From contig OY969763.1 in assembly GCA_963702845.1 (NCBI GenBank), positions 3,328,001-3,392,000 of the forward strand: a DNA stretch of 64,000 nucleotides. The letters are read 5' to 3'. The DNA comes from an uncultured Verrucomicrobiae bacterium. Lineage in GTDB: Bacteria > Verrucomicrobiota > Verrucomicrobiia > Limisphaerales > Palsa-1400. The notes beneath the pieces were generated by a model. The model saw only the letters and a program-made list of their open reading frames with translations. It searched no databases and had not been told where the DNA came from. Both the position numbers and the translations under genes were made by a program. Of this stretch, positions 1 through 8,990 are shown piece by piece (position 1 is the stretch's first letter; the number at the start of each line of letters is the position of its first letter).

Positions 1-195
1 TGGTTCGACCCGGAACTGGGCAGAGGGATTGAAACGAACGCGAATCACGACTTCAAGGTGACGTCAGACAAGATTGCGATGCCCGCACCTCCTGCAAAAC
101 CGGCCGTTCAACGAGTCACCGACCATCATCATCAGGTCATCATCGAGAAGCTGGTGTCGGTGGAAGGACTTGACGGCCCACCTGATGCTGGCTGA
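1..195 (+). CDS. 3' end of a hypothetical protein (partial, runs off window start)
   Basis: Frame 1 is open from base 1 (WFDPELGRGIETNANHDFKV...) to TGA at 193-195. Confidence 0.5.
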   Translation, partial: WFDPELGRGIETNANHDFKVTSDKIAMPAPPAKPAVQRVTDHHHQVIIEKLVSVEGLDGPPDAG

Positions 196-212
196 GCTGA
201 AACGATCAACGG

Positions 213-590
213 TCAATGCTCCTCCACTGGATACCGCGCCGCCAAATCCCTAATCGTCGCGCCAATCCGCTCAATCAGCTGCAGAGGTCCCACCACCGCC
301 GCACGCACACCCCGACTCAACACCCACCGCTCCACTTCTTCCAACCCGCTTAACCGCATCCGCATCCTCGACCCGCCGCCCGGCATTTCCGTGATCTCCT
401 GACTTGAATGCCATTTCCGGCCGCGCAATTGGTCCGTTGCAAACGCGTCGAAATCAATCACCACTTCGTAATCACCGTCTCCATTCATCATACCGTGGCT
501 GTCGCGCAAATACTTCGCCGGATCAAAACTGTGGGGCCGCGTAAACCGATCCGACAACACACGCGGTTTCTCAATGCGCGCAGCTATCCG
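213..590 (-). pseudogene. C-terminal remnant (end of WYL plus WCX domain) of a WYL/PafBC-type regulator
   Basis: ARIEKPRVLSDRFTRPHSFDPAKYL...EVVIDFD...RKWHSSQ...LEEVERWVLSRG..A.VVGP..L is typical of WYL-protein C-termini. An in-frame stop lies just upstream, and HTH and WYL core are absent. Confidence 0.7.
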
Positions 591-691
591 CCAATTTCAA
601 ACACCCGTTTAATCATTGCCACAGCCTCGTCTTTACATCTATTCTCATTCTGTCAAGTGAATATTAATACTTCAAAAAAGGCACTGGTTAT

Positions 692-1003
692 ATGATATCA
701 AACGAGCACTCAAACTCCAACCTGCGTCCCGCCTACAACGAACGCTCCCAGAAAACTGAACGCTCCTATCAAACGAAACCCGGCAAACCACACGTTCAGG
801 AGGACACCCTCAAAACCGAATCAATTCAGATCGAGCGCAAAACCTTTATATTTACCCTGAAGGAGAATCCTCGCGGGCGTTTCCTCCGCATCACCGAGGA
901 TGTCGGCGGTCGCCGCGATAACATCATCGTTCCATCCACCGGCCTGGAAGACTTCGCGAGGATCGTCGCTGATATGGCACAGGCAGCCGGCCAGCCCGCT
1001 TAA
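692..1003 (+). CDS. PUR (Pur-alpha/PurA-like) ssDNA/RNA-binding protein
   Basis: Single PUR repeat: IQIERKTFIFTLKENPRGRFLRITEDVGGRRDNIIVPSTGLEDF. Confidence 0.8.
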   Translation: MISNEHSNSNLRPAYNERSQKTERSYQTKPGKPHVQEDTLKTESIQIERKTFIFTLKENPRGRFLRITEDVGGRRDNIIVPSTGLEDFARIVADMAQAAGQPA

Positions 1004-1319
1004 CCTTATCACCAAAACCGTCCGCGCGCTGTTGAAGCGGTATTTGTAACCAATCCTTTCTGGCGTGTAACATTATACAAATAGGGTTTTCCCTCGCATT
1101 AGTGTCGCTATTCCCGTGACAACAAAATTCCTTTCGTTTTCTGGACAACATTTTGGGCCTGTGTGAGCATCGCGCAGCTTCCGATGGCGGAACTGGGCAC
1201 GTGCAAAGCGATCCGTCGCTAATTCGAAATTTGGGCAATCCAGACGAGTAACGCACAACTGACTCGCCATCGGGCTTTTTTCTGTACCGATATCGAGTCT
1301 CAGCGCAATCTAGGTCCCC

Positions 1320-2366
1320 CTATAGAGTTCGTCCCCGTCGCATAAAGTTTTCCGGCTGCATTCGTAACGATGACCACGTGACCTTGATCGCGCAGCGCCT
1401 GTTCAACCTACAGCCTTCGTTTTTGTTACCGGCGCAGCCGTCTTTAGTCTTATAATTCGCATTCCTAAATTCGGAGCGCTTTCCACGCTTTGTCCTCGTA
1501 GCGACTCGGTGGATTGCCGGATCATTATCATCCAGAAGGGCTACAGCCGCGGGCAATGTTTTTACCGCGTTAGTTCCAAGCTTCGTCAGGCCCACCAGTG
1601 CGCAACTCCGCACATAACTGCTTTTATCGTGCAATGCGTCGATACCAAAAGTAGCGATTTCATCAGCACTAGTATTGATAGCAAGCAGACAGGCCAACGC
1701 GCTTCCTCGTGTTTGTTCGTCCGGGTCGGACAGCAACTTGGTTATCACCGGGTTCGCAACTTTGGAATCGGCCCCAACCATCGCGATCGCACTCAACAGT
1801 TCGTTACGAAAGTAAGCATCCTTACCTGCTAGTGATAGCGCCGCGAGCATATCCGGAACCGCAACGCGCGCGCCTGGGCTATACGACTGAATTAACACGG
1901 AGCGACGAATCACTGTTGGTAAGATACGGCGCAACATCCGCCGACAGCGAAGCAGCAATGGCCCCGACACACGCGCTGCTGCAATGCCATCCCAGTTATA
2001 ATAATAGGCTGGTTTGAGTCTCAGTTTCGCCGCTTTCTGATTTCCCAACCACGCTAGGAGACGTTTTTTCCATGCATAGTCGCGACGCTCCAGCATGCTC
2101 TGCACCGCCGCCAACCCGTTCGCGCCGATACTACGAATTGCAGATTCCGTCTTCCGCCGTTTCTCCTCCTGCCGAAGATAAAAGTCTTTGCTGCCGTCCG
2201 AAGGTTTGAATCGCAGTTCATCAATCCAACTGGTCAAACTCCGCCCTTCAAATTCCGGCTCTCTGGGTAACACCAAATAACCGAGCACTCCAGCAAGCGT
2301 GATTGCGATTACTACCACCCCGATTCGTTTGGCGCGCAGGTACATATCCGATAACTGCACACACAA
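1320..2366 (-). CDS. Membrane-anchored HEAT-repeat protein, probably degraded or frameshifted
   Basis: N-terminal TM followed by REPEFEGRSLTSWI, then HEAT repeats (LLSDPDEQTRGSAL, LHDKSSYVRSCAL, LLDDNDPAIHRVA). The middle segment reads better in another frame and the C-terminus is non-HEAT. Confidence 0.6.
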   Translation of the reverse strand: MCVQLSDMYLRAKRIGVVVIAITLAGVLGYLVLPREPEFEGRSLTSWIDELRFKPSDGSKDFYLRQEEKRRKTESAIRSIGANGLAAVQSMLERRDYAWKKRLLAWLGNQKAAKLRLKPAYYYNWDGIAAARVSGPLLLRCRRMLRRILPTVIRRSVLIQSYSPGARVAVPDMLAALSLAGKDAYFRNELLSAIAMVGADSKVANPVITKLLSDPDEQTRGSALACLLAINTSADEIATFGIDALHDKSSYVRSCALVGLTKLGTNAVKTLPAAVALLDDNDPAIHRVATRTKRGKRSEFRNANYKTKDGCAGNKNEGCRLNRRCAIKVTWSSLRMQPENFMRRGRTL

Positions 2367-2574
2367 ATATTCGAACGCATCCGAAACAACGAGGGATTAG
2401 CATCGAGGGCATTACCTTTTCGTGCACCTGGCCTCGAGCGCCGGCAGCGCAGTTACAGGTTTATGCAACCAATCCTCCGTCATGGTGTTTTCTTGTCACA
2501 CTTATGCCGATCAATCGACATGTTGACTATTGAAGTAGTTGAACAGCGTTGCATTTTAGTTAAATACCATCCCT

Positions 2575-3021
2575 GTGCTTTGCCAAAAGTGTCAGCAAAA
2601 AGAAGCTAAGGTCCATTTCACTACCATTGGGGGCAGTGCGAATAAGGAGACGGTTCACCTCTGCAAGGACTGCGCCCCACCAATGGGATTCGATCTGGAT
2701 ACGCTAGACCTCAAACAAATTCAGGCCTTGTCCGTTGCCGACAAGAAGTGCGAGTTCTGTGGCCGTGAGGCGTATTCTGGGGAGATGCGTGCAGATGGTC
2801 ACGCGATTTACTGGTGTTACGATTGCAGTCTGGAGCGTGGTAGCATCCTCATCGAATTGATCAGCACTGAGCAGGTTGATTTGTTCTCGCGAGGCAACGG
2901 TGATATTTTGTCTCTCTGTTCCAGCCCTGAATTGCTGGCGTGGTCAGCCTCTGCAAGTGAGAGGGCGACGCAGAAACTGAAAGAGAGAAGACGCCAAGAC
3001 GGTCGAGACAAAGACAACTGA
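2575..3021 (+). CDS. McsA-like zinc-finger protein (no UVR domain)
   Basis: MLCQKCQQKEAKVHFTTI...HLCKDC matches the McsA N-terminus. A second CxxC...CxxC pair follows. Confidence 0.6.
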   Translation: MLCQKCQQKEAKVHFTTIGGSANKETVHLCKDCAPPMGFDLDTLDLKQIQALSVADKKCEFCGREAYSGEMRADGHAIYWCYDCSLERGSILIELISTEQVDLFSRGNGDILSLCSSPELLAWSASASERATQKLKERRRQDGRDKDN

Positions 3022-3329
3022 GATATACGACTAGATGGAGTTGGCTTACGCCGCCATCGCCACCGGATGCACGACAATTTTCGCCGCTCGCTCACGTTCC
3101 ACATTTGCTTTGAAGCCGCTGACGCTCTCGGGCACGACCGCAAACCACCGCTCCGCATCCACAGGGCGGACGAGCTCACGCTACTTCGAGTTGATAATTC
3201 TTTCACGAACCCCGCCGCAGAATTAATGAGCAACGAGCGGCCGTCATCTTCGCCGCTGCCCGCGGAAAGATGTGGAATCTTGCGAAGAGATGCAAAACCG
3301 TGAGAATTCTTGCGGATAAAACCTGTAAC

Positions 3330-4529
3330 TTACTTCGCCCTGCGAAACTCCACCCAGAAACGCGAGCCTTTCCCGGGTTCCGACTCCACGCCCACGTTAC
3401 CGCGCATCTTATCCACCACTTTGCGCACCAGCGCCAAACCGACACCGGTGCCGTCATATTGGGTGCTCACGCGCTGGAACATCTCGAAGACGCGGTCGTG
3501 TTGATCACTTGCAATTCCCACCCCATTATCTTCGATCCAAATTCGCACGACCTCACCTCGAACCTCTGGACGCACCCGAACCTCCGGCATTTTTCCTGGC
3601 TCCACAAATTTCACTGCGTTACCAATGAGGTTCGAAAAACACTGGGTTAACCCGGCCTGGTTTACCAAGACTGGTGGAATTGTTTCAATAATCTGGATGT
3701 CCGCGCGCGGCAATTGAAATTGCGGATAAGACTCGAGCATGCCGCGCAACAAAACATTCGGGTCGACCGGTTCGAGGATTAATTCGGTCTGCACCGCTTT
3801 CGCATAATTCAATGAATCGACGATCAAACGATCCATGCGGCTGGCAGCCTGAATGATGCGCCGCAGATAATCAGCCCCGGCTGAGTCCAAATGCGTCGTG
3901 TATTCGTCAGCGAGAATCTGAGCGAACGCATGCATGGCCCGTAACGGCGCGCGCATGTCGTGCGTAATCGTGTAGGAAAAATGTTCCAATTCCCCGACCA
4001 ACTCCTGCAACTTCGCCGTCCGCTCGGCAACGAGACGCTCCAGTTCCTCCCGGCTGCGCGCCAATACCGCCGCAGCCTCTCGGTGCTCCGTCACATCACG
4101 AGTTGTTCCCGAAATAAATTCAACTTCGCCGTCTTCACCGATCACCGGACTAAAGATGTATTCGTAAATCCCGTAGACACCTGTGCGCGGCGCTTTGAAG
4201 GGCACTTCGCCTTTTATCAATCGCTTCGTTTTGATCACCTGCGCGATTTCGCGCATATGCATGTCGTGATGCCATTGCTCATAACCCAATTCGAGGCACG
4301 TTTTGCCGACAGCATCCGAAAGTTCCATACCCCACACCTCAAGTAACCGGCGATTGGCATAAAGAAAACGTCCCTGCAAATCGAACGCATAAACGAAGTC
4401 CGGCGTGTTCGCGGTAACACTTTCCAAAAGACGCACCTGCTGCTGATAACGCTCCAGATCCTGACGAAGATCGCTGTTGGGCCTCTGCGAAATTTCCGAT
4501 GAAACGGTGGGTGAGCAATTGCAGTTCAT
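3330..4529 (-). CDS. Cytoplasmic PAS-domain sensor histidine kinase
   Basis: PAS (DFVYAFDLQGRFLYANR), H-box FSYTITHDMRAPL, N-box NLIGNAVKF, DNGVGI, GTGVGLA. Confidence 0.92.
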   Translation of the reverse strand: MNCNCSPTVSSEISQRPNSDLRQDLERYQQQVRLLESVTANTPDFVYAFDLQGRFLYANRRLLEVWGMELSDAVGKTCLELGYEQWHHDMHMREIAQVIKTKRLIKGEVPFKAPRTGVYGIYEYIFSPVIGEDGEVEFISGTTRDVTEHREAAAVLARSREELERLVAERTAKLQELVGELEHFSYTITHDMRAPLRAMHAFAQILADEYTTHLDSAGADYLRRIIQAASRMDRLIVDSLNYAKAVQTELILEPVDPNVLLRGMLESYPQFQLPRADIQIIETIPPVLVNQAGLTQCFSNLIGNAVKFVEPGKMPEVRVRPEVRGEVVRIWIEDNGVGIASDQHDRVFEMFQRVSTQYDGTGVGLALVRKVVDKMRGNVGVESEPGKGSRFWVEFRRAK

Positions 4530-4813
4530 GGGGGTGAATGGCCAGCTGGCTCAAGATGGACGCAAAACTTGCATCTCGCCAGCCTATCAGCCCAGATTGC
4601 AGGAGAAAATCGGGGGTTTCCCTGATATTTTTCCGCGACTAGTGAAGCTTCGCAAAGGTTATAATGGTGCAGTTTCATACCCGCCGCGGATTTCGAATTG
4701 CGGCATAATTGGATGACCTCCGATTACTTCTGATTACATCCGGTTACCTCTTTCACGGTTTTTCAGGCATGGACCGTAAACTGAACTTTTCTTTACATTT
4801 TCTGTACGTTTTT

Positions 4814-4916
4814 TCGTTTGAACCGTGTTCATTTTACGAAGGGGACAAAAGTTTACCGTTTCTTTACCGAAATTTGACCGGTTTCGCGTGAAGGACGCGA
4901 CAAGTAGGAGGCGAAG
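4814..4916. repeat. Dispersed intergenic repeat, copy 1 (copy 2 at 8673-8783)
   Basis: tcgtttgaa..gttcattttacga.ggg.caaaagtttaccgtttct..accga..tttgaccggt...cgcgacaag.aggaggcgaag is shared with 8673-8783. Confidence 0.8.
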
Positions 4917-5729
4917 AACGCGAGCCAATAGGTGCACGTGACCAAAGATGACTGAACGTGACTGAACGTTGCCGGCGATGCATTTTGTAACAGCCTCGAT
5001 TTGCAGAAATGAGGCAAAAATAGTGCAATTTTCGTTTTGAAGTTCTCGCGAAGGGCGCAACGGCCGCGAAGTTTGCGATGATCTTTGGCCCGGAGTTCGA
5101 GGAACCTGGATTTAGTGTCTGAAGCATGCATTCGTTAAGACAAGTTGAGGGTTGAGGGTTGATCCGCCTGCGTCTGACTTCGGCGCGACAGATAGTTGGG
5201 CGAACGCGATGTCTCTGTCATGTGTGTATAGGGTGAGCGTTTCGCCGCTGGGCGTCTAGCGAAGCAACGCGAAACAAAGCGAAACCATGCGACATTCGGG
5301 CAGGTTTCTGAGGATGGCTCATACTGGCGGGCTGGCACCCTCTTCTGCTCAGCACGTTTGCGTTGAACATTCGCAGCTTGCTTATCCGACTGTGGATGTG
5401 GCACCGGCTTCGCCGGCGCGTTGGGAAACTGATGGCTCTTGCTCATGCGCAGATTTTTATCACACCTTTTTGAAAAATTTTCCGAAGCCCTTTGTGTGAC
5501 GTGCACCTGCATGCAGGGACGTGCCGGAACGTGCACAGACGCGCCATTTCTCATCCACAAAAAGTTTGACAGGGTTTTCACGGTCGCATTCCGGTGCTAG
5601 TTTTTAGCACATGTATTTCTGAATTTTTTCGAAGCTGAAGAGGTTGGTTCTCTTTATCGCGTAGCGATTCTTGAAGATAGCCGTGGATTTCAACCGGTTT
5701 CAACCCATGATCAAGCCTTATCACGCTTT

Positions 5730-7403
5730 CTAAGGTCTGGCCATGGTTTCGGCCAGGTACTGATGCAGAAGCGCGACAGCCACTGAGCCCTCGCCCACGG
5801 CCGAGGCGACACGTTTGAAGGAGCGGTAGCGCACGTCTCCTGCGGCAAAAACCCCAGGCATACTGGTTTCCAGAAGCCGGGGTGGCCGGCTCAGCGGCCA
5901 ACTTCCAGGAAACTGGCCGTCGCGCATCAGATCGCCATCGGTCAGAATATAGCCTTTCGGGTCACGCTCCACGCAACCATGCAACCAATCCGTATGTGGG
6001 TCAGCCCCAATGAGGACGAAAAGAGCGGATGCCGGTAGCCGCTCGGCGGCGCCGCTCGCGCGGTTCCGAACGACGATGGATTCAAGACGTCCGTCCCCTT
6101 CGGCATCGGTTACGTCGACGCCAAATCGGACGGTGACATTGGGTGCGTGTCGCAGCTCGGTGACCAGGTAATCCGACATGCTCCGGGCCAGACTCTCGCC
6201 ACGAACCAGCAGGGTCACCGAAGCGGCGTATTTGGCCAGATGCGCTGCTGCCTGACCCGCCGAATTGCCCGCGCCGACCACACAGACTGACTGTCCCTGC
6301 AGGGCACGGGCCTCGCTCCCCACTGCGCCATAGAACACGCCGGCACCAAGCCGAGCTTCCAGGCTGGGAATACCCAGCCGCCGCCACGCTACGCCGGTGG
6401 CGAGAATGACAGCCCTTGCCGCAGCTCGCCGACCGTCGGCGAGCTGCACCACTCGCTCCGAGCCCGAAGCCCGCAATCCAACCACCTGCTGCGTAAAGAC
6501 CATGTTCGCTCCAAACAGCCAGGCTTGCTCGCACGAGCGATACGCCAGTTCGCTGCCGCTGACACCCCACGGGAAACCGGGGAAATTGCGAATGCGAGAA
6601 CTGGCTCCGGCCTGGCCTCCGGATATGGCCTTCTCCAGCACCAGCGTGTCCAGTCCCTCGGATGCCGCACAGACGGCTGCCGCCAGTCCGGCCGGCCCCG
6701 CCCCAACAATGACCACGTCGTGCACCCCGGAGCCTAGTTGGGTCCCACCTCCAATTGCCTCGATCAAAGCAGTGTCCGTGGGCTCAACCAGCACGCGGCC
6801 GTCCTGTCGCACTGCCACGGGAAACCGCGTGCCGTCCTGACCAGCCTCCCGCAGCAGCTTCTGACCCGCGTCAGAATCCGGAGCGTAGTAGCTAAACGGC
6901 ATGTTCATGCGGGTGAGCAAGTCACGAATCTCATGACCGCGCGCGCCCCGGTCCGGACCGACAATGCGAAACATTTCCGGCCCCCGCTCCTGCGCACCTG
7001 CCCCTGAGGCCAGGAACTTGCTTACGGCGGGGTAGAGGCCCAGCTCCAGGTTCCACGGCTTAACCAGGTGGTAATCGATCTGGCCCAGCATCATGGCCGG
7101 CACAATCGGGTTCGCGCGGGTGTAGTCCCTCTCGACCACCAGGACGCGGCTGGCCATCGGGTGCAGTTGATGAGCGCGCACCAAAAAATCGATCCCGCTC
7201 ATTTCGGGCATGCGCTGGTCGGCCATGATCACGGCGACGGGCCGTGCCTGGGACGAAAGCGTCTCAAGGACGGCCAGGCCTGCTGTGGGAGCGTTCTCGC
7301 TCAGGATGCGGCAATCATTTCCAAAACGCCGGTGAATGTCACGTTGAAGCACCTTCAGCAGCGACTGTTCCTGAGACACGATAAACAAGACTGGTAGTTC
7401 CAT
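5730..7403 (-). CDS. Response-regulator receiver fused to a thioredoxin-reductase-like FAD oxidoreductase
   Basis: REC (IMADQRMPEMSGIDFL...YHLVKPW), VIVGAGPAGLAAA, VVGAGNSAGQAA, TSMPGVFAAGDVR. Confidence 0.9.
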   Translation of the reverse strand: MELPVLFIVSQEQSLLKVLQRDIHRRFGNDCRILSENAPTAGLAVLETLSSQARPVAVIMADQRMPEMSGIDFLVRAHQLHPMASRVLVVERDYTRANPIVPAMMLGQIDYHLVKPWNLELGLYPAVSKFLASGAGAQERGPEMFRIVGPDRGARGHEIRDLLTRMNMPFSYYAPDSDAGQKLLREAGQDGTRFPVAVRQDGRVLVEPTDTALIEAIGGGTQLGSGVHDVVIVGAGPAGLAAAVCAASEGLDTLVLEKAISGGQAGASSRIRNFPGFPWGVSGSELAYRSCEQAWLFGANMVFTQQVVGLRASGSERVVQLADGRRAAARAVILATGVAWRRLGIPSLEARLGAGVFYGAVGSEARALQGQSVCVVGAGNSAGQAAAHLAKYAASVTLLVRGESLARSMSDYLVTELRHAPNVTVRFGVDVTDAEGDGRLESIVVRNRASGAAERLPASALFVLIGADPHTDWLHGCVERDPKGYILTDGDLMRDGQFPGSWPLSRPPRLLETSMPGVFAAGDVRYRSFKRVASAVGEGSVAVALLHQYLAETMARP

Positions 7404-7419
7404 GATCCCAACCTTTCGT

Positions 7420-7442
7420 CATTCTATGGTTTGACCCCCTTT
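7420..7442 (+). repeat. Solo copy of the Y1-transposase end motif
   Basis: cattctatggtttgaccccctt matches the element end at 13019-13043. Confidence 0.65.
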
Positions 7443-7617
7443 GGGGCTGATTTATAAACCCGCAAGAACCTCGTGCAATACCTATCAAACAGGAAGAGGA
7501 GACTAATTCGATTCTATCGATCCTCTCGCAGGTTGGCGTTAGATGCTTTGAGGTTGATATTGATACACGCTCCGCGGCGCGCTCGACATCCTGCGCGCTC
7601 TCTTTTATTTTGCGACC

Positions 7618-7926
7618 ATGGCTCAGACCGCCACGCCCGAAGTAGCACCGGCCCCGATTCAAACGCCCGAAGAAAAGACTGAATCCGGTTTGGAACCGGG
7701 CTACCTCGTCATCTGTTGGGACGATCCCGTAAACTTGATGGATTACGTCACCCATGTCTTCCAGGTTGTTTTCGGCTGGGCTCGCAAAAAGGCCGAGTTC
7801 CACATGCTGCAGGTCCATGAACAGGGCAAAAGCGTTCTCACGCGTGACAGCATGGAAAAGGCCGAGCACTACGTGCATCAATTGCAAAAGTACAGCCTGC
7901 ACGCCACCATGGAGTGCGACGAGTGA
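7618..7926 (+). CDS. clpS: ATP-dependent Clp protease adaptor ClpS
   Basis: YLVICWDDPVNLMDYVTHVFQVVFG...AEFHMLQVHEQGKSV...EKAE...LQKYSLHATME. Confidence 0.93.
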   Translation: MAQTATPEVAPAPIQTPEEKTESGLEPGYLVICWDDPVNLMDYVTHVFQVVFGWARKKAEFHMLQVHEQGKSVLTRDSMEKAEHYVHQLQKYSLHATMECDE

Positions 7927-8396
7927 AACTGATCCGCGCCACCAAAGGCAATTTTCTCTTTCAACTCGGCAAACTCGAAAAACTTCGCCTGTTGCAGGTC
8001 CTGCGCCTCTATCCCAGGATCCCTCCGGCGACATTTCGTCTCAGCAAATCCGACAATCTGCCCGATGCCGAAGCCAATCAGCGTTTGCTCGACGAATCTT
8101 TGACCGAACAACGCGCGGAAAATCGCAAGACTTTGCAGACCTTCCTTACCGACCCGCGCCGTTTCATTGATAGTGCATCGGGCTCGCACCTTTCGCTTAC
8201 ACCATCGGAACTCGAATGGCTTCTGCAAATCCTGAACGATGTTCGCGTCGGAAGCTGGACTATCCTTGGCTCTCCCGAGGAGGGTATGAAATTGAAGATG
8301 TTGAACGAAAAAACCGCCTCCGATTTCTGGGCTATGGAAATTTCCGGACAATTCCAAATGTACTTTCTGAAAGCGCTCGAAAAATGCGAAGGTTGA
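7923..8396 (+). CDS. DUF2017-like protein
   Basis: GTG start overlaps the clpS stop. Motif LSLTPSELEWLLQILNDVRVGSW. clpS-DUF2017 synteny is known from Actinobacteria. Confidence 0.6.
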   Translation: MKLIRATKGNFLFQLGKLEKLRLLQVLRLYPRIPPATFRLSKSDNLPDAEANQRLLDESLTEQRAENRKTLQTFLTDPRRFIDSASGSHLSLTPSELEWLLQILNDVRVGSWTILGSPEEGMKLKMLNEKTASDFWAMEISGQFQMYFLKALEKCEG

Positions 8397-8635
8397 TCGT
8401 CCGAATTATTCGACGTTGGTTTTGGTTGATCCGAAATTTTCTCCCGTCTTTGATCACCCAACGGCATGGTTTCTGCGGCCCGATGGGCCGGTCGCGAAAA
8501 CATGCATTTGATTCGTCCTGGTGGAGAAGTCGAATTCATTTGGTCCAAGCTAAAGACTGATAATGAAGCGCGAACCGCACCGAGCGCAGCGACACTAAGT
8601 GAAATCGCGAAGAGTGGATTGAAACATCACCGAAC

Positions 8636-8660
8636 GAACCATGCTATGGTTTGACCCCTT
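8636..8660 (+). repeat. Solo copy of the Y1-transposase end motif
   Basis: gaaccatgctatggtttgacccctt is nearly identical to 13019-13043. Confidence 0.8.
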
Positions 8661-8672
8661 TTGCCCCTTTTG

Positions 8673-8783
8673 TCGTTTGAAACGAGTTCATTTTACGAGG
8701 GGCAAAAGTTTACCGTTTCTTGACCGAATTTGACCGGTAAGGGATTTCGCGCGGCGCTCCGGCGCGACAAGAAGGAGGCGAAG
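8673..8783. repeat. Dispersed intergenic repeat, copy 2
   Basis: Aligns by eye with 4814-4916, with an internal indel. Confidence 0.8.
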
Positions 8784-8990
8784 TGAGACACGAATTTCAC
8801 GAATTGGCACGAATAGTAATTGGAGATTTGAAATCTGAAAAGAAGGAGGACGACGCGGCGAGTCAGAACAAATTGGTCGATGGCACGGCTGATCGCCGGA
8901 TGCCGGTTCGTCCCTACCTTTAAGAATCGCTACGCGGTGGTGGGGCCGGTTGAAAGCCGGCACTCCACCACCGGGTGAAGAATAGAGAAA

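Noticed and set aside
4712..5545. CRISPR array
   Set aside because: The repeats are contiguous degenerate decamers without unique spacers, and there are no cas genes in the window.
4734..5581. ORFs 4734-5060, 4853-5131 and 5135-5581
   Set aside because: They overlap repeat tracts and show no recognisable domain.
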